Part shown: positions 28,414 to 42,300 of the stretch, in pieces
Position numbering within the stretch: the first letter of the stretch is position 1
Layout: each line of letters opens with the position of its first letter
DNA from: Perkinsus olseni
Lineage: Eukaryota
NCBI GenBank assembly: GCA_013115125.1
Contig: JABANN010000118.1
Span: 1-64,000 of the forward strand
Direction of reading: 5' to 3'
DNA: 64,000 bases
Position numbers and translations under genes: made by a program
Notes under the pieces: generated by a model
The model's input: only the letters and a program-made list of their open reading frames with translations
What the model was told of the DNA's origin: nothing
Database searches by the model: none

Positions 28414-28486
28414 TCCGATGTAGTCTAGCTGGTTAGGATTCGTGGCTCTCACCCACGCGACCGGGGTTCGAGTCCCCGCATCGGAA
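28414..28486 (+). tRNA. tRNA-Glu(CUC)
   Basis: Acceptor TCCGATG/CATCGGA, anticodon stem CGTGG/CCACG with loop CTCTCAC, GGTTCGAGTCCC T-arm, followed by a TTTTT Pol III terminator. Confidence 0.95.
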
Positions 28487-28952
28487 ATTTTTCGAGCATT
28501 CAACCCACGTCGCTTCGAGTTACCGTTCGCATCAGTTTACGTACACTTATTCCTCGCTTGCAGTTCGGCTTTGAAGGCACAGACTTTGATACCGCTATCT
28601 CTACCAGCCCAACACTCTTAATCGTATCACAGGCTTCCTGACCTTCGTCATTTGCGCCAGCGCATCCATCGAGCGTTGTGATGTCAGCGAAAGGCTCAGG
28701 CATCTTCAGTGGGCCAACTCTTCGCGAGCCACTGGGTGGCTGTCTCGACCGACATGGGTATACTGTCAATGTAGCCACCTTGTCAAAAGGGGATTCCGAA
28801 GATCTTTTGGTTCGCGGGGTTCCGAGTGGGTGGGACGGGGACAACAGATTGTGAGCTGGATTCAAACTGAACACCCGAATCATCCAGATTGATTGACCAA
28901 CCAAATGCTGTCACGCATCGCTGATGATACAGAATTCAGACCATATTGCTTC

Positions 28953-30882
28953 TCACTGCTTCTTGTCCTGACGAGCCCGCTGCTCCGGAGTGGCCACGGG
29001 GATGGGGGCATTCCCGTGTACCATCGGGTTCATACTCGGATACACCCCAGATCCTGCTGGTGCCAATGCGGTCCTGATCATCGTAACAATCTAGGCGTGC
29101 TGCTCCCAGACAACGAGGGGCGTGCTGCTCCCAGACAACGACGAGGGGCGTGCTGCTCCCAGACAACAACGAGGACAATTCCCTAACCCCGTAGTACTGT
29201 TTGATAGCGGAGCCCTCGGCAGCGGCCTGGACTAGGGCTGACGAGCTAGCCGACATACCTCCACCCTTCGGCTTGGCCCATGATACTCGAAGGCGCTAAC
29301 AGGACCACACAATACTCGCGACTACAACCCACGCGTTCTCATGGAACTCACCGCTCCGTTAATAACCAGATTGCTGCCACCCTTCTCAGCAGCGGCCTTC
29401 TCAGCTGACTGACGGCTTGTGAACTCGACGAATGCGCCTGGGATTTCAGGTCAATGCAGAGGGAATGTAGATCATTCGCTCGCTTACAGTTGGATTTCTC
29501 CACGAGAACGATGGAGTCGATTTGGCCGAACTCCTCAAATTCCGCACGAATGTTGCTCTCCCCAATCTGCGCGTTGGGATCGATTCCACCTGCCAAAACA
29601 CAAGCGAGAGAATACTATTCTCAATGCATTAATATGCTATTGATAATTGCTGCAAAATACGAGAATAACGAGCACATTCCGCTACGATGAGGCAATCAGA
29701 GATTTGTCATTCCGATAATGGGGGGACGACCGTCCACAGCCTGCCCGTCTCCCAGCCGCAATCTTCCAAACCCCATAGTACCAATATACAGTGTAGTGAT
29801 TGACGTATCCTGAGGAGCTTCCATCTGGAACTTCTCGGCAGCCTGTTTGAGTATCTTCTTAGCCACAGGATCGTCTGTACCGTGATACCTGCAGACGGGA
29901 CGAGTGGTCGGCGAAAGTCCCCTTGAACAGGGCCATCCTTGACCAGACTCTCGCACTGCTAGCCCTACTAACCTGTCTCTGATATTCTGGTCGTTCAAGT
30001 CGTTGCCTTCGGGCTTGGGCATCTCATGACGGTACCTGCAGAGGATAACAATGAGCACCCAGCCGATCACAGTCAGCGAATATCCTACGGGCACTCGTCT
30101 CCTCTATTGCATGTGCCCTTAACGAAGAAGGAGCATATCCGTGCTTGGTTTCGTTCGTAGTAAGGTGCAGTCCGAGCCAGCTGAGGTGAGGGCAGGTCAG
30201 ACCGTGAAGCCTGAGCCCAGTGCAGTCCGTTGTACCTTCTGTAGCATGGGATGATGCTTGAGTTTCCCGTAGGTTAAGGCGGGGTTGGCATTTTGAGAGT
30301 TGTTGAGAGCTTGGTAGTCCCGGCCTACAGTTGACTCAGGCAGGGTCAACTTCTCCGCTTCAGACAGGAACTGACCACCATCAAGTTTGGATGCTTCAGA
30401 GATCTCTCATCAATCTCACCTTATCTCGGACCTGCACCGGCAGGCCGAAGTCGAGGTCGAAGATACAAACTTGACAGACGTTTTTCATCCTCGCACAGTT
30501 CTGGCAGAGCACAGTCTGCTTGTACCTACACACTAAGTTCAGGCCGCCTTCTCCTACCACTACCATGGAGGATCTAGGAGCTATTCGGCCATACTGAGTA
30601 TACAGGAGATGCCGTGTTACTACTAATACTACTACCTTCCCTTGGAGCCAGCCTTCCATCGGAACATAGTGTAGGGCCGTTCACATATCTTACATTCATC
30701 GCCCATCGGCTCCTTTTGCATTCTAACGTAGGGGTTGTCACCTAAGAAGGCCGTCTGACTTCAACTGTGTGTCCAAGGCTGAGGGTAGTACCGAGACAAG
30801 TCTCGCAGACGATGGGGAAGGTGGCCTCCTCTGCCCCTATGTGATTCACGCCGGAGACTATCTGCTCTCCACGCTCTCCCAT
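28953..30882 (-). CDS. RBM22: Pre-mRNA splicing factor RBM22/Slt11 (zinc-finger, CCCH and RRM; multi-exon)
   Basis: [94 protein letters not shown]. Confidence 0.95.
29095..29174. repeat. Intronic tandem repeat, 3 copies of about 25-28 bp
   Basis: GGCGTGCTGCTCCCAGACAAC(GAC/AAC)GAGG repeated three times. Confidence 0.9.
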
Positions 30883-31083
30883 GGTGGAATAACAAGGAGA
30901 AATATAATGTAACAACTACGTATAGTTGTTGGAGACACAACTCAAAATTGCGTCACGCGCCACGAAATTCACTTCGTCTTCAAGTTCGTCGTGGTTGATG
31001 ATCGTTCGTGATGGAGATCGTCCGAGTGCCTTTCCCGCTTTGGCAGTTCTCGCCTTCCCTCCCGTATCGGATTGACTGTTTTA
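30883..31083. promoter_or_regulatory. Short divergent intergenic region between RBM22 and the tepsin-like gene, containing the GCGCCACGAAATT motif
   Basis: Head-to-head start codons 200 bp apart; motif at 30957-30969. Confidence 0.5.
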
Positions 31084-33528
31084 ATGGATCGAGGACTCCT
31101 CAATCGAGCCACCACTGCAGATGCTCAGCCAACACCGGGGTATATGTACCTCGAAATAGCCAGTAATAGTACTTCCATCTTGACCTATTCCGTATCTCGC
31201 GCGCTGCGAGCTAGGATACTTTCAATCATACCCAACTAACGTCATGGCGTTTCAGAAATGACATATGCGCCGAACGGGTCGCATCAGTTAGAGGATTACC
31301 TGTGCAATAAGATAGCCTCGAAAGATGACGCCAATGTTAAGTTCAAGTGTTTGAGGATAATACGGTAGTCGTGATGGGCAGTAGGGGATCTCTAGGTTGG
31401 CGACGATTCAGGAATATCTTGGATCCGGATGCTCAAGTACAAGCTAGCATGGACTTCAAGAAGAGGATGCAACGGTGAGGAGTTGGGCAAGTTGTGGTAC
31501 GACTTTGCAGACGTAAGTCCACCTCAGGCGAGCTGATGTGGTTAAATCCTGCCGTATGTTCCGTGGTCCTGTGGACCCACTTCGAGGCGATGCGCCCAAT
31601 AAGGCCGTCCGAGAGGAGGCCGAGGCGGCGTTAACGATGATATTCAACGAGGCCACTATTGGCCAACCACATCAGCAGCAGCCGACCGCTGCTGCTGCCC
31701 CGTACTCGGGCCTCCATGATCGGATTAAGGTCATACCACACGCAAGTGCTGTCGGGTAGGATCATCTTCCACAGGGCTTTGGATCGACTCCGGGTGGTCC
31801 AGCTGGTCCCCCTCCAGCGTGGGGTGGGGCTCCTTCCCAACAGCAACAGCAACAGCAACAGCAGCCTCTGCCGTATCCAGGTAAGACCGGTCTGTTACGT
31901 TAGGTGTGGTATTGGTTACCTAGGTGGCGTCTATCCTGGTCCGCCTATCAGCACTGGACGGATGCAGGGATTTGGAAATCCTGAATTCAACGACTTCAAC
32001 AACAATCAGCAGGTAGTCTCCTCCTCCCCGTAGTTCAGTCCCCGGACCCTCCCCGTCAGGCCTCCGCTGGTAGCAGCATTGCCGGCAAGGTGGGCCAGGC
32101 GGCCGCCAGTGCGGCCAGTGTTTTATCATCAGCCTATCAGAGATGGCATGGCGGTGGAAGCGGTACTAATGCCGGAACGCCTTCGCAGTACTCAGGATAC
32201 GGGTAGTACTGGAAAGCGTGTAAAGCCGTTGGTCATTACCATCGCCTTAGGCCAACCCCTGGATACGGGAATGGGTTCCCCGGTGGGCAGGAGTATAACC
32301 ATTATGGCCAATCGGATAGGGGCATGTGGGTGCCGCCTTCAGTGGATAAGGTAAGGATTGCTTCGCTCCGCTGTTGGTGAAATTGTGGTATGTTAGTCGG
32401 CTGAGAGGACGCAGATGACGGTGGCGGCGCCAAGTGGCGAACAGCAGCATCGGACCGCTGAGTACCGGCTGGTCAGTCAGTTGGCTAGTGGCTCGGTCAC
32501 CGTTGGGGTGAGCAGATCGAAGAATCTTTAGGATGCGCGTGCTCAAGATACGTTCAGGTCTTTTTGACGAGGGTCACTGGGGAATCTTCCGACTATGACA
32601 TGACCGAGATCGCGTCGGAGCTGGCAGGTCGCATCACCAAGGGCCATCCTCAGGCGAGGCTTCGAGCTCTTCGGGTAGTGGAAGGCCTTGCTGACAAGGA
32701 GGAGGTAATGGACCCTCATCGCCGTCACTGCGCCACGAAATTGCCTCTAGGTGCGGGACATCTGCACGGATTGTGTCTCCGATCCTCATGCTCTGCCTCA
32801 AATTTGCCGAGCGACTGCGGCTCGAGTGAGCAGAGCTTTGCAGGGCACCACTGGCCCCCGGCCGCCAGCAGCAGCGGCCCCCGCCCAGCCGTCGATGCCT
32901 GACCTGCTGGACTTGGGCGGAGGGGACACCTCGGCCGATGAGCAGACGAAGAAGAAGCCGGAGGCAGCGAAGAACGGTGGTGATGATCTGCTGCTGCTTG
33001 GGGAAGCTGACCTCATTGATGCACCGGTGAAGTCGAGTGCCGCAGAGGTCGACCTGTCTGGATTGAACCTGGGTCAATCGGTACCCGCAGGGAGTAGCAG
33101 TAACAGTCAGCTTCTGCCTGACTTCCAACCGGCTAGCGATAATCTTCTCGGGGCGCAATCGCCGTCGGGGGTCTTGCCCACCCAGCAGGCCACAACGCTG
33201 CTGCCGGACTTGGCCGTAGGCAGCATACAGGCAAACGGCAGACAACAGCAGAGCTACGCGGCGGGCCGATCGGGGTCGGACGGGTTGGACACCCCTGGGG
33301 GCCAGCAGCTGGATGACATCTTCGCCAAGGCCGCTGCCAAGGCTGCTGCTCAGGCCGCGGGTGGACCACCGAACGTGAGTCGAGGGAACGCTCCCATCCT
33401 CGTTACCCCTTTTGCGTCTTCAGGTAACTAATAGCGGCATGAGAAGCCAGCAGCAGCAAGCAGCAGCTGGTCCTCCATCTTCATCATCGGCCTTCAGTTT
33501 TATCGGCAGTGGTAGTGTCAGGCGGTGA
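31084..33528 (+). CDS. ENTH/VHS-like domain protein, tepsin/MTV1-like AP-4 accessory (multi-exon)
   Basis: MDRGLLNRATTADAQPTPGYMYLEIA, NVKFKCLRII, FRGPVDPLRGDAPNKAVREEA, RMQGFGN; low-complexity tail with DLLDL motifs and a terminal SAFSFI. Confidence 0.8.
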
Positions 33529-33641
33529 TGTTTGTACCGATATGCTACTATTAGTGTTTCTTTGGAAGAGGGCATGGTCGTGTTACCGCAGTGGAGGAAC
33601 TCAACGCAAGCGGGGGGGGGGTTGAAATTAATATGATCGAA

Positions 33642-35290
33642 CTAATTAGTGTCATCATCGGGGGGAGGGTCGTCAGGAGGGGCGCCGGGCAAGGTGACTC
33701 CCAAGGGGACTGAGGAGGGCCGTGACAGTAGCAGAGTTGGGTAGCAGCGACTTGCCTTTGCCGATAAACCTGACGACGGCGGCGTAGGGGGAAGGGGAGG
33801 AGAGGATGGACGATTGGCAATCAGCCAAGAGCAGCCGGGCGGCAGCCTTGAGGAGTTCAGTTTCATCGGAGGGTCGAGGCAGACGCTTCCCCTCGGCCAA
33901 GCCTTTCTCGAACTCTGAGGGGGTGTCGTCGGTGGGATTCGAAGAGAGTGGCCTACTAGTGCAGAGAGTGTCGTGGATGGTCCGAAGCCAGCCCTGACTC
34001 TCCGCTATCTGAGACGACACCAGTGTTGGCGAACCTATTCCCACTATCACCTCATCTTGGTCATCCTCCACGTTACAGACTGTTGTATCATTACTAATGA
34101 TGACGGGGGTATCAGTGCCAGCGCTGCTGCTGTACATGGCCACGCTCGGGGGGTTCTCAGAGGTCGCCGCCAGGCAATCGTCACGACTAAGCCTGTCCTG
34201 ATGCCTTGGAAGGAGGCCGTTTAGCTGACGACGAGCTCACCCGCTGTCAAGCTGATTGAAGCTGATGAAGGTTGTCTTCCTCGCGTAACTGGGCAGCGGC
34301 GGCGGGCCCTTCTTTCGGGGTGGCGGATCGAAGGCTAGTTTCAAGTTGATGCCACCGGGCAGGCTCCTACGGGATTGGGCCGGGGCCGGCGGCGGCGACC
34401 GAGGATGAGTCGGGGGACTCTCGTCAGGGATCTGAGGATGGACCAGCTACCTCAGCCGCCGAAGGAAGCATCATTCCCACCAGTGTTAGCTCCGACAGGC
34501 CGGACAGTCGAGTGCGATCGGCATAATCCTCGTCGAGATCGTTTTCCTTGTTCGAGGAGGAGACGGCCAGGGGAGTGTGGAAGGACTCCGAGGGCGCCTC
34601 CTCGTCGATTATGGGCGAGCCACTTTCATGGTCGATCGAAAGGGACTTTTCCGTCTCTGGCATCCTCAGTAACCTCAACTTCTCCCTTTTGATCTGTCTA
34701 GTTAGCCTCTCCCTTTCCGTGATGAGCTGCCTTCGGTCCTCCTGAGGGCTCCTCCCGCGGCGTGGCTACCCCGCCCCCTCACCTCTAGTGCTGCTGTGCT
34801 CGATTCCCCCGCCTGCTCTTGCGACCGTAACTGCTGCTGAAGGGCATCGCGATCGCGATTGGCTACCATCTAGAAGAAGGTACCCTCGCTGGTGACGGCC
34901 GATGGCCTTACCAGCTCAGTCTTGGTAGCAAGATGGGCCTCTACTGTGGCTACCACTCGCCGGTGCACAGCCATGGGAGGTAGGAACCTGACACTGATGG
35001 TAGTGATGGCGGCGCGAGGGACGATAAGGTCGATGGCCCACTCGAATGGTCGGGTCTTCTCAGACTGGTATGTTGAGGATTTGGTTAGGGCCGCGGACGA
35101 GGGTATTGGCGCGCCTCGGTGAGCGGACCATGGCTGCTGCTGTTGCTTGTACGGCGCGTTGACCGCTGAAGCGGGACAGTCTATCAGCTCACTACCCGAG
35201 CGTTGTGATCACCTGTCCGAGCAGCGAGGAGGTCTCTCAGTCTCGCTGCTAATTCTGGTTGGGACCCCCGTTGACCGTCATACCTCCGAC
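33642..35290 (-). CDS. Hypothetical low-complexity (Ser/Pro/acidic) protein
   Basis: Several minus-strand coding-like ORFs (33673-34143, 34424-34678) with a short coiled coil; bounds uncertain. Confidence 0.45.
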
Positions 35291-36308
35291 TCATCCTTGG
35301 TGGGCAGCAACACTGGTGGGGGCCTTACCCTATGGACTACTATCAAGACTGACAACACAACACTCTTAAAGCCTAGCGAAAGCAGTGACGTTAAGGAAGA
35401 CCACTGGGGTAGAGGGTGATACCGTATCTTGCGCCCGGGTGACGCGCGCGCAATTATTGGGCGTGCGCAAGATATCTGCGCAACTTGCAATCTTGCAATT
35501 CTTCGAGCGGCCTGCGCATCTTCCGTGCCGCCCGCCGTTAAACTTTATGAAGGGCGTCCCCATGGGCGGTGCACAGGGGCTGCTTCTTGGCACGGGGCGT
35601 GAAGTAATTGGTGTTTATTAAGCTTCCTTGTGCTATCATATGCTGGCTTACTGCTCTTCCGACCGTCAAGCGAGGGTTGGGCTGCCGGAGTTGGCCCTAT
35701 GGTGTCCTCCTGCTGATTGAGCGTCCTTCTTGGTGTTTTCAGATTCTATTGCGATTTGGACAAGTCCACCGCCGTAGATCGAGCTCCAATCGGCATTCCC
35801 GGTCGAATCTTCGTACGAATTGTCGTTGGCGTGACATATCGGCGTGTTTTGGTCGACTCCCCCCACTGCCACCTTCGACGGATATTCCGCTCATCCCCCC
35901 CACTGCGTCTCGATCGCTGAGATGACCACAGAAGCGTTGCTGCTGAGCCTCTACTGGCTTTCTCCTGTGTGCGTGTGTCTTGCGATTTTTCCTGCCGAGT
36001 TCCGCCATTGAGAGTGCATTTTCCTCATTTCCTCGCGAGGCGATCGCTGTTCGTGTTGTCAATCGAGGGTATAGAGCCCGGAGTCCGCTTCCTTGTTCCA
36101 CTGAGACTCTTCAGTTTGCACTTCCTCTGCCGAGGACTATGCGAACGTCTAGCAGTGAATTGGAGCGGTCCCCACCACCCTCAGCGGGTGTTGTGCGCTC
36201 AGCTCGTCGCCGGTATTCTCGGGCAACCTCTGTCTTATCCAAACTAGCGATTGGATCCTTAGCGGCCACTCTTCCAATAGCGGGTGAGATGCCATCACTA
36301 CTCACCCT

Positions 36309-39300
36309 GTGAAGCTGTTATATTGCTTTCTTGTCTCAGATGCTGCGGCCTTTGTGCAAGTGCGTGCTGTCGAGGGAAGCCCGTGTATATCGGCCGACAA
36401 CAAGTGTTACTTGGGTGCTACTATTGTGTCGGAGATCCCTGCGACGACAACTAATCCCACCTTCAATGCATCAGCGTCGATCACGATATTGACTGATCCG
36501 GCGCAGATTGGTCAGAAGCCAGGAACGACGACTGGCTACAAAGCTTCAATTACTTGCGACCAGCTAGCCGACTCATGGGTCCGTTATCCTGACGGAACTA
36601 TGGGTTTCTCTCATGCTCTCTTCACCTTCCCCACTAAGGACGCGGGCTCCTACAGCCTGAAGGTCTCTATCGATGCGAACTGCGTGGAGGACAATGCAGC
36701 AGTGCAGTACTCCTCCTTCGCCTCCAGCTGTGGTCTTGTATCCTCCACTGGTGCATGCTGGGCGGTCTCCTATACGGGAGGTGCCAAGCAGTACAGTGGC
36801 CAGAACAAGCCGGTTTGCCGAACCACTTCCGCTACTGGAATGGCAAACTCTGTCGCTGGCTGCATGAACAATGTCACTTACCCTGATGTCTGGGCACCCA
36901 CTTTGATGCTTGCTGATCCCAGCGGGTATCTCGGTTCAAGCGACAACATGTACCTCGACGGTTTCTTCACCGGAACTCAAGTGAAGCTTTACTTCAACGA
37001 GCCGGTCATGGTTGGTACTGGTAAGATGTGCTTCCTTGCGTACACCAGCGTCGGCGTCTTCGATCCCGCCGCTTCCAGCTGCGTTACACCTTCGGTTCCG
37101 GGTAGCAACCCTTCGATGATTGTGGCGACCGCCCCCTCTGTCAAGAACAGGAGGTATTACCTCACTGTGGATGGCAATGCTGTCCAGGATATGGCCGGAA
37201 ACTACTTCCCTGGTATCAACGGTCGACGCTTCGCCGACTTTGAGACCGACCAAGGGAACTTCCCTGACAAGTGCCGGGTCAAGAACGTCGATCATGTTAC
37301 CTACACCTGGCCTGCTAGTGGTCTACAGAACCCAGCACAGTTCTGTCAGATCAGCTTTGTCCGTCCTCTGGGAGCTCCTGTGTCCTACTACCCTCCTCAT
37401 GTCAGCAGCCCGCCTAAAACGGATGCTGCCGCTGCCGCCGTCTCACTTAGCAGCACACCTGCTGATACCGAGGTCTGCTACACATTCTCTGAGTCCATCT
37501 ACTGGACTACCTGTGGCTCGGGTACATGCCTCACTAACGAATGGAGCTTCAATTATCCTCCAAGTGCATCTAACCTCCAGTTCAAGGTCGTGACCAACTT
37601 CTCGAGTGCCTACGGTAACATTGAGTCTCTGAAGACAACTTGTACAAGTGCTCTGCTCAGCGCCAATGGTAGGGCCGCCTGCGCTTACTCCTATCTCGGA
37701 ACCGGTGCTGCCGCTTCTCCTAGTGTGACAGTTAATGGTGGGATTTATAATGGCGGAAACGCGGGTAACTGCTGGTTGTCTCCCAACGAGAAGCAGATCT
37801 GTTGCAAGCCTGATGCTGTTTTGCGTCATTCTGCTACGAGCATGGATAACCAGCATAATCTCATCATGGCTACCGCCAAGGAGAGTGCTATTGGCTTTGC
37901 TGGGGAGTTCACCCATGCTTTCTGGGTCAATGCCACCGATATCGGTACTGAGATGCCAAGGCCACTCTGGGTTGCTTGGGAAGGCACTGAGATCGACCTC
38001 ACTCAGGGAGCTGCCAATGGCCCGCTGGAGCACACATTCCTCCAGCTTACCACTGCTACGATCACTGGTCAGCCTGGTTATTATGGTGCCGCTGGCTACA
38101 AGCAGGGTATTCATGTTCACTTCAATCGTCACGTGAAGGAGGGCTCTGGTGGTTATGTTAAGTTGGTGCCCCATAGCTACCTTCACAAGAACCACAAGAC
38201 CATCGCTGATTTGCGAGATGATGAGTGGCACACGAGTGATACCACCAACCCTGGTTGTGTTGCGACCCACACCGTCTACGAAGATCCGGCGTCTACCTCT
38301 TGGACCGCCAGCACTAGGAAGTACGGTCATCCGTGCCGTATTCCTGTGGCTTCTACTGGCAATGGAGATCCGGTTGATGCGAAGCTATACACCAACAACC
38401 ACCTTATTGTGAACCCTCGTTCGTTGATGCCTGGTGAGACCTACACTGTCATCTTCGACAACGGTACCGTGATTACGAATGACAACACGATGAAGGTGGA
38501 CACGTTCACGTTCACTGCTACTTTGAAGCAGTCGGTGAACTGGGGTGCATCCACCAGTGATGCGGCTCGTGATACCATGTCCCCGAGGATCTGCTGCTAC
38601 GTGGCCTCCACTACTAACTGGGCTACTTCCCTTGCCTCCATCTATGCGATGAAGGAAGCTGGGTATGTCCACTACAGCCAAACCTTCATGACCACCTTCC
38701 ACGGACCAGTGCGTCTGGGTCATGGTGACTTCCACATGAAGTGCCAGGTTGATGGTGTTACTACTGCCAAGGTTACGGTGAACGCCCAGGATCGTGACCA
38801 GGTCATTCCTCGTGGTCTCAAGCTCTTCATCGACCCTCGTGACCCAGTTGATGGTAAGGACAGTCTATGGGTTCCTGAGGATGGCACTACCCCGAGATGC
38901 TATTGGGAAGCTGATGCTGATGCCGTCATTGGCCTTCCTGCTGGTACTCAGATCTCCCCCTTCTTCCAGGTTGAGCTCGGTGACAGGCGTGCCCCTGTGC
39001 TCTTGGATGTGAAGCCCTACGCCAAGGCTGGCTGCACTGCTACTTCCGACCCTCCTTGTGTGACACAGAGTGCTCTCGCTGGTGGCTATGGTGGCCGCAG
39101 CCTTCACTACGGCAAGGCTAATGCTGAGGATGCCTTCATCACTCTGACCTTCGACGAGATGGTTAAGTTCGGTCCCTGTGACATCACTCTTTCCAATGCG
39201 GGAGCTGTGAACGCAGAGCTCGGCCGCACTGAGTTCGTCTGGGACTTGGATGGAGTCACTACCTCTGAGCACAGTGCTGGTGTCTGGTCTGTCGGCAAGT

Positions 39301-42300
39301 CTGCCTTCTCCAGTGTCACCAACAACTTCAACGTCATCCCTGATGTTACTGTGGCTTCCGGCGGCGCTGCTGCGGAGTCCAAGTGGCTGTCCGTGCGTCT
39401 TTTCGACCTTAAGAAGGCTGAGACCAACACTGAGTCTGGAACTGGTGCTTCTGGTACTGCTTGTACTGCGACTTATCCTTCGGGAACTGAGACTGGATTC
39501 TGCTCTCACAACATCCAGCGTACTTACCAGCTCGTCCTTCAGCTCCCCGGCACCAAGCTTGCTCCTCTTGCTACCCCTTGGAACTTGAAGATCCCTCACT
39601 GCGCCTTCTACGATTGGGCTGTCGAGGCTACCAATGCCAAGGAGGCCAATGGAGTTGTCTCTGGTCACGCTGACTTCATCCAGGGCCCTGATAAGGTTAT
39701 CACTGTTCCTATCAAGATCAGTGATGACATCTATGCGCCTAACATCACCTACTCTCCCTGTGGTCGTGGCTCGAGTAGTGCTCCTCAGGGCCGCAAGGTC
39801 ATGGGCCACTGCTTCAACTTGGCTGGAGTGGAGCCTAGTGTCGGCACTCCGTCTTACTACGAGTACCCTCAGCCTATTGGTACTTTCGAGTTCCAGGGCC
39901 CCATCACTGGCCTCATCCCCACCAACACTACCGGTGCTGGTTATGACCGCGGTGTTGCTGCTGATGCCGTTGCTCAGGGTTACTGGTTCCCGTTCAACAA
40001 GGCCATCAAACAGACTGTACCAGTCATGTTGGAGTTCGACGAGGATATCACCATTGATGGCAACAAGAAGTGCATTGTCAGCCAGGCCATCATGACCGAT
40101 ACGGCCAACTCTGACTCGTCCAGGATCATGACCTCTGAGCTCTACACTGGTTATCAGAGTGGTCGTAAGCCTACCAACCCCATCCCGGATTACCACATCT
40201 ACGCCCAGAACTACACCGCTGAGAGCCCCTTCGACTATGGTTGGAATCACAGTGTTCTGAAGTATCCCGCCTGTGAGTGGAATACTCGTCACACCTACGG
40301 AGCCTGCAGGGATAACAACTCTGATGTGATCATGAGCAAGTACGCTCAGTCCTACACTTGGTTGAAGTCCGCCACCTGGAGCGACTACAAGCCGGACTCG
40401 TCCACTACTGGTGACACTGCTGATGGAACCACTGTGAGCGAGACTAGCGCCAATGCCTTCCAGAACATCAACTACTTCACCATGGGTGACACCAACTTCG
40501 TTCAGTATAACGGCTCTTACAGCTACTGCGTCAGTGCTGCTACTCAGGCTGCCTCGGACTTCTCGGGAACTCAGTCATGCGCTACGAGCGTTACCCGTTA
40601 TCGTCTGTTCTTCTTCCTCCAGTTCACTCCCATCACCGCCTACAAGCGCGATGGTCACACCTACTACAGGTCGGTGTTCCGTCTAAAGTGTGAGGCTGGT
40701 GCGTTCAAGGATGCTGCGGGCAACATTGCTGATCAGACTGGTGTGGACTACCGCTTCACGTTCTATCAGCCTACTGCTGAAGCTGCCTTTGATGGTCTCA
40801 ACTCGTACCCTGTTGTCGGTGGTGCCAACAACAAGAACTGTACCGACTATACCACATGCACACAGACCAGTGATGCCAATGGAGGCCCCTCTGTCACCAA
40901 TACCTCCAACATTATGTGGTCGTTCACCCAGCCTGTGACCTTCCAGCCCTTCTCCCCTGGTGATGGCACTGAGTGGGGTCACAAGTTGGTCAACCGTGAG
41001 GGTCCTGGTGATAATGCTATCGACTGGCGCAATAGTCATGAGGGCAACCACTACAGCCGCGGTAACCTGTCTGGTGCAGTTACGGGCAATCAGCTCCGCG
41101 CTGTCTTCTTCAATGGTACTGTGAAGAACGGTACTATCCAGGCCGGTCATCGTTGGTACATTGATGGCAGTGGCGACTTGCAGTTCGGTGAGCAGTTCTC
41201 CCGTGGCTTCAACACCATTGGTGAGTTCTGTAACAACACCAACAAGGTTGGTCACGTTATGGGCTCCGGTGTCGAGGCTGCCTATGTCCACTTTTGTGAG
41301 AAGGATGTGTCACTTTCTGACTTCGCCATCTTGTCTGCTGATAACAAGAAGATGATCTTCTCCACCAAGATGAACCGCATCTCCGAGCACAACACCGGTT
41401 CTTACGACCAGGCGAACCGTCAGGGTGATACCTGGGCTAAGTACATCGGGTTCTATGCCCCTGAGGGTCTCTTTGGTGTTGGACAAGTTCACAACTACAC
41501 GTTCTGGCAGAACCGTACTTCCACTAATGCCGCCTACAGGCAGAGCTGGGGTCACGGCGTCGACGCTGACATGTACTACGAGTCTGGTGGTGAGAACTTC
41601 CTGATGACCTCTCATGGCCTCGGGTACAACCATTCTAAGGCTGCCTATTACATGTCTCCCGACAATCCGATCAACCATCAGACTGGTCTCGACAACTACG
41701 TGGATGAGTTCCACGTCATCTATGGTTTCTTCAACCCTGCCTTGGGCAACCTCTACGACTTGAAGCCGGAGGTGCTCATGGTCCTTCCCGGTGCTCGTCT
41801 TAACTACGGTTTGATGAACCCGGACGGAATGGGCTATCGTGAGAAGAACGACTACTACTCCATCAGTGACAGTCCTCTCGCGGCTGGTGGACCTGTCGGT
41901 GCCTCCAGTGATTATCTCCATATGGACTACAGGTCTGGCTTTGGCTATGATGTGGACCCCATGGACCCAACTGCGCTCCCATCTCGGAGTGATGCCAACA
42001 CCAAGGCCGCTCGCAAGGCTTTCCAGCAGGTTCTCACCGGTCACCCGAACCAAGGCTTCTCTGTCGGTCTGATCATGTCTGATGCCGTCCAGCTGTCTCA
42101 GCTCTCGACGAAGTCCATCAAGATCTACGACTGTGGTGAGTACGTTCGCATGTACGGCACCATCGTCAACGAGCCCAACTGTAATGAGGACTCTGCTACC
42201 AAGACCGCCTCTGGCAACTGGGCCTCTGATGATACCTACGCTCAGAGCAGCAAGTTCCTTGGAACCTTCTCTGCTGGTGCTGGCAAGACTGCCGACAATG

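Noticed and set aside
29095-29174. Direct repeats suggestive of a CRISPR array
   Set aside because: Head-to-tail tandem copies without unique spacers, inside a eukaryotic intron, with no cas genes
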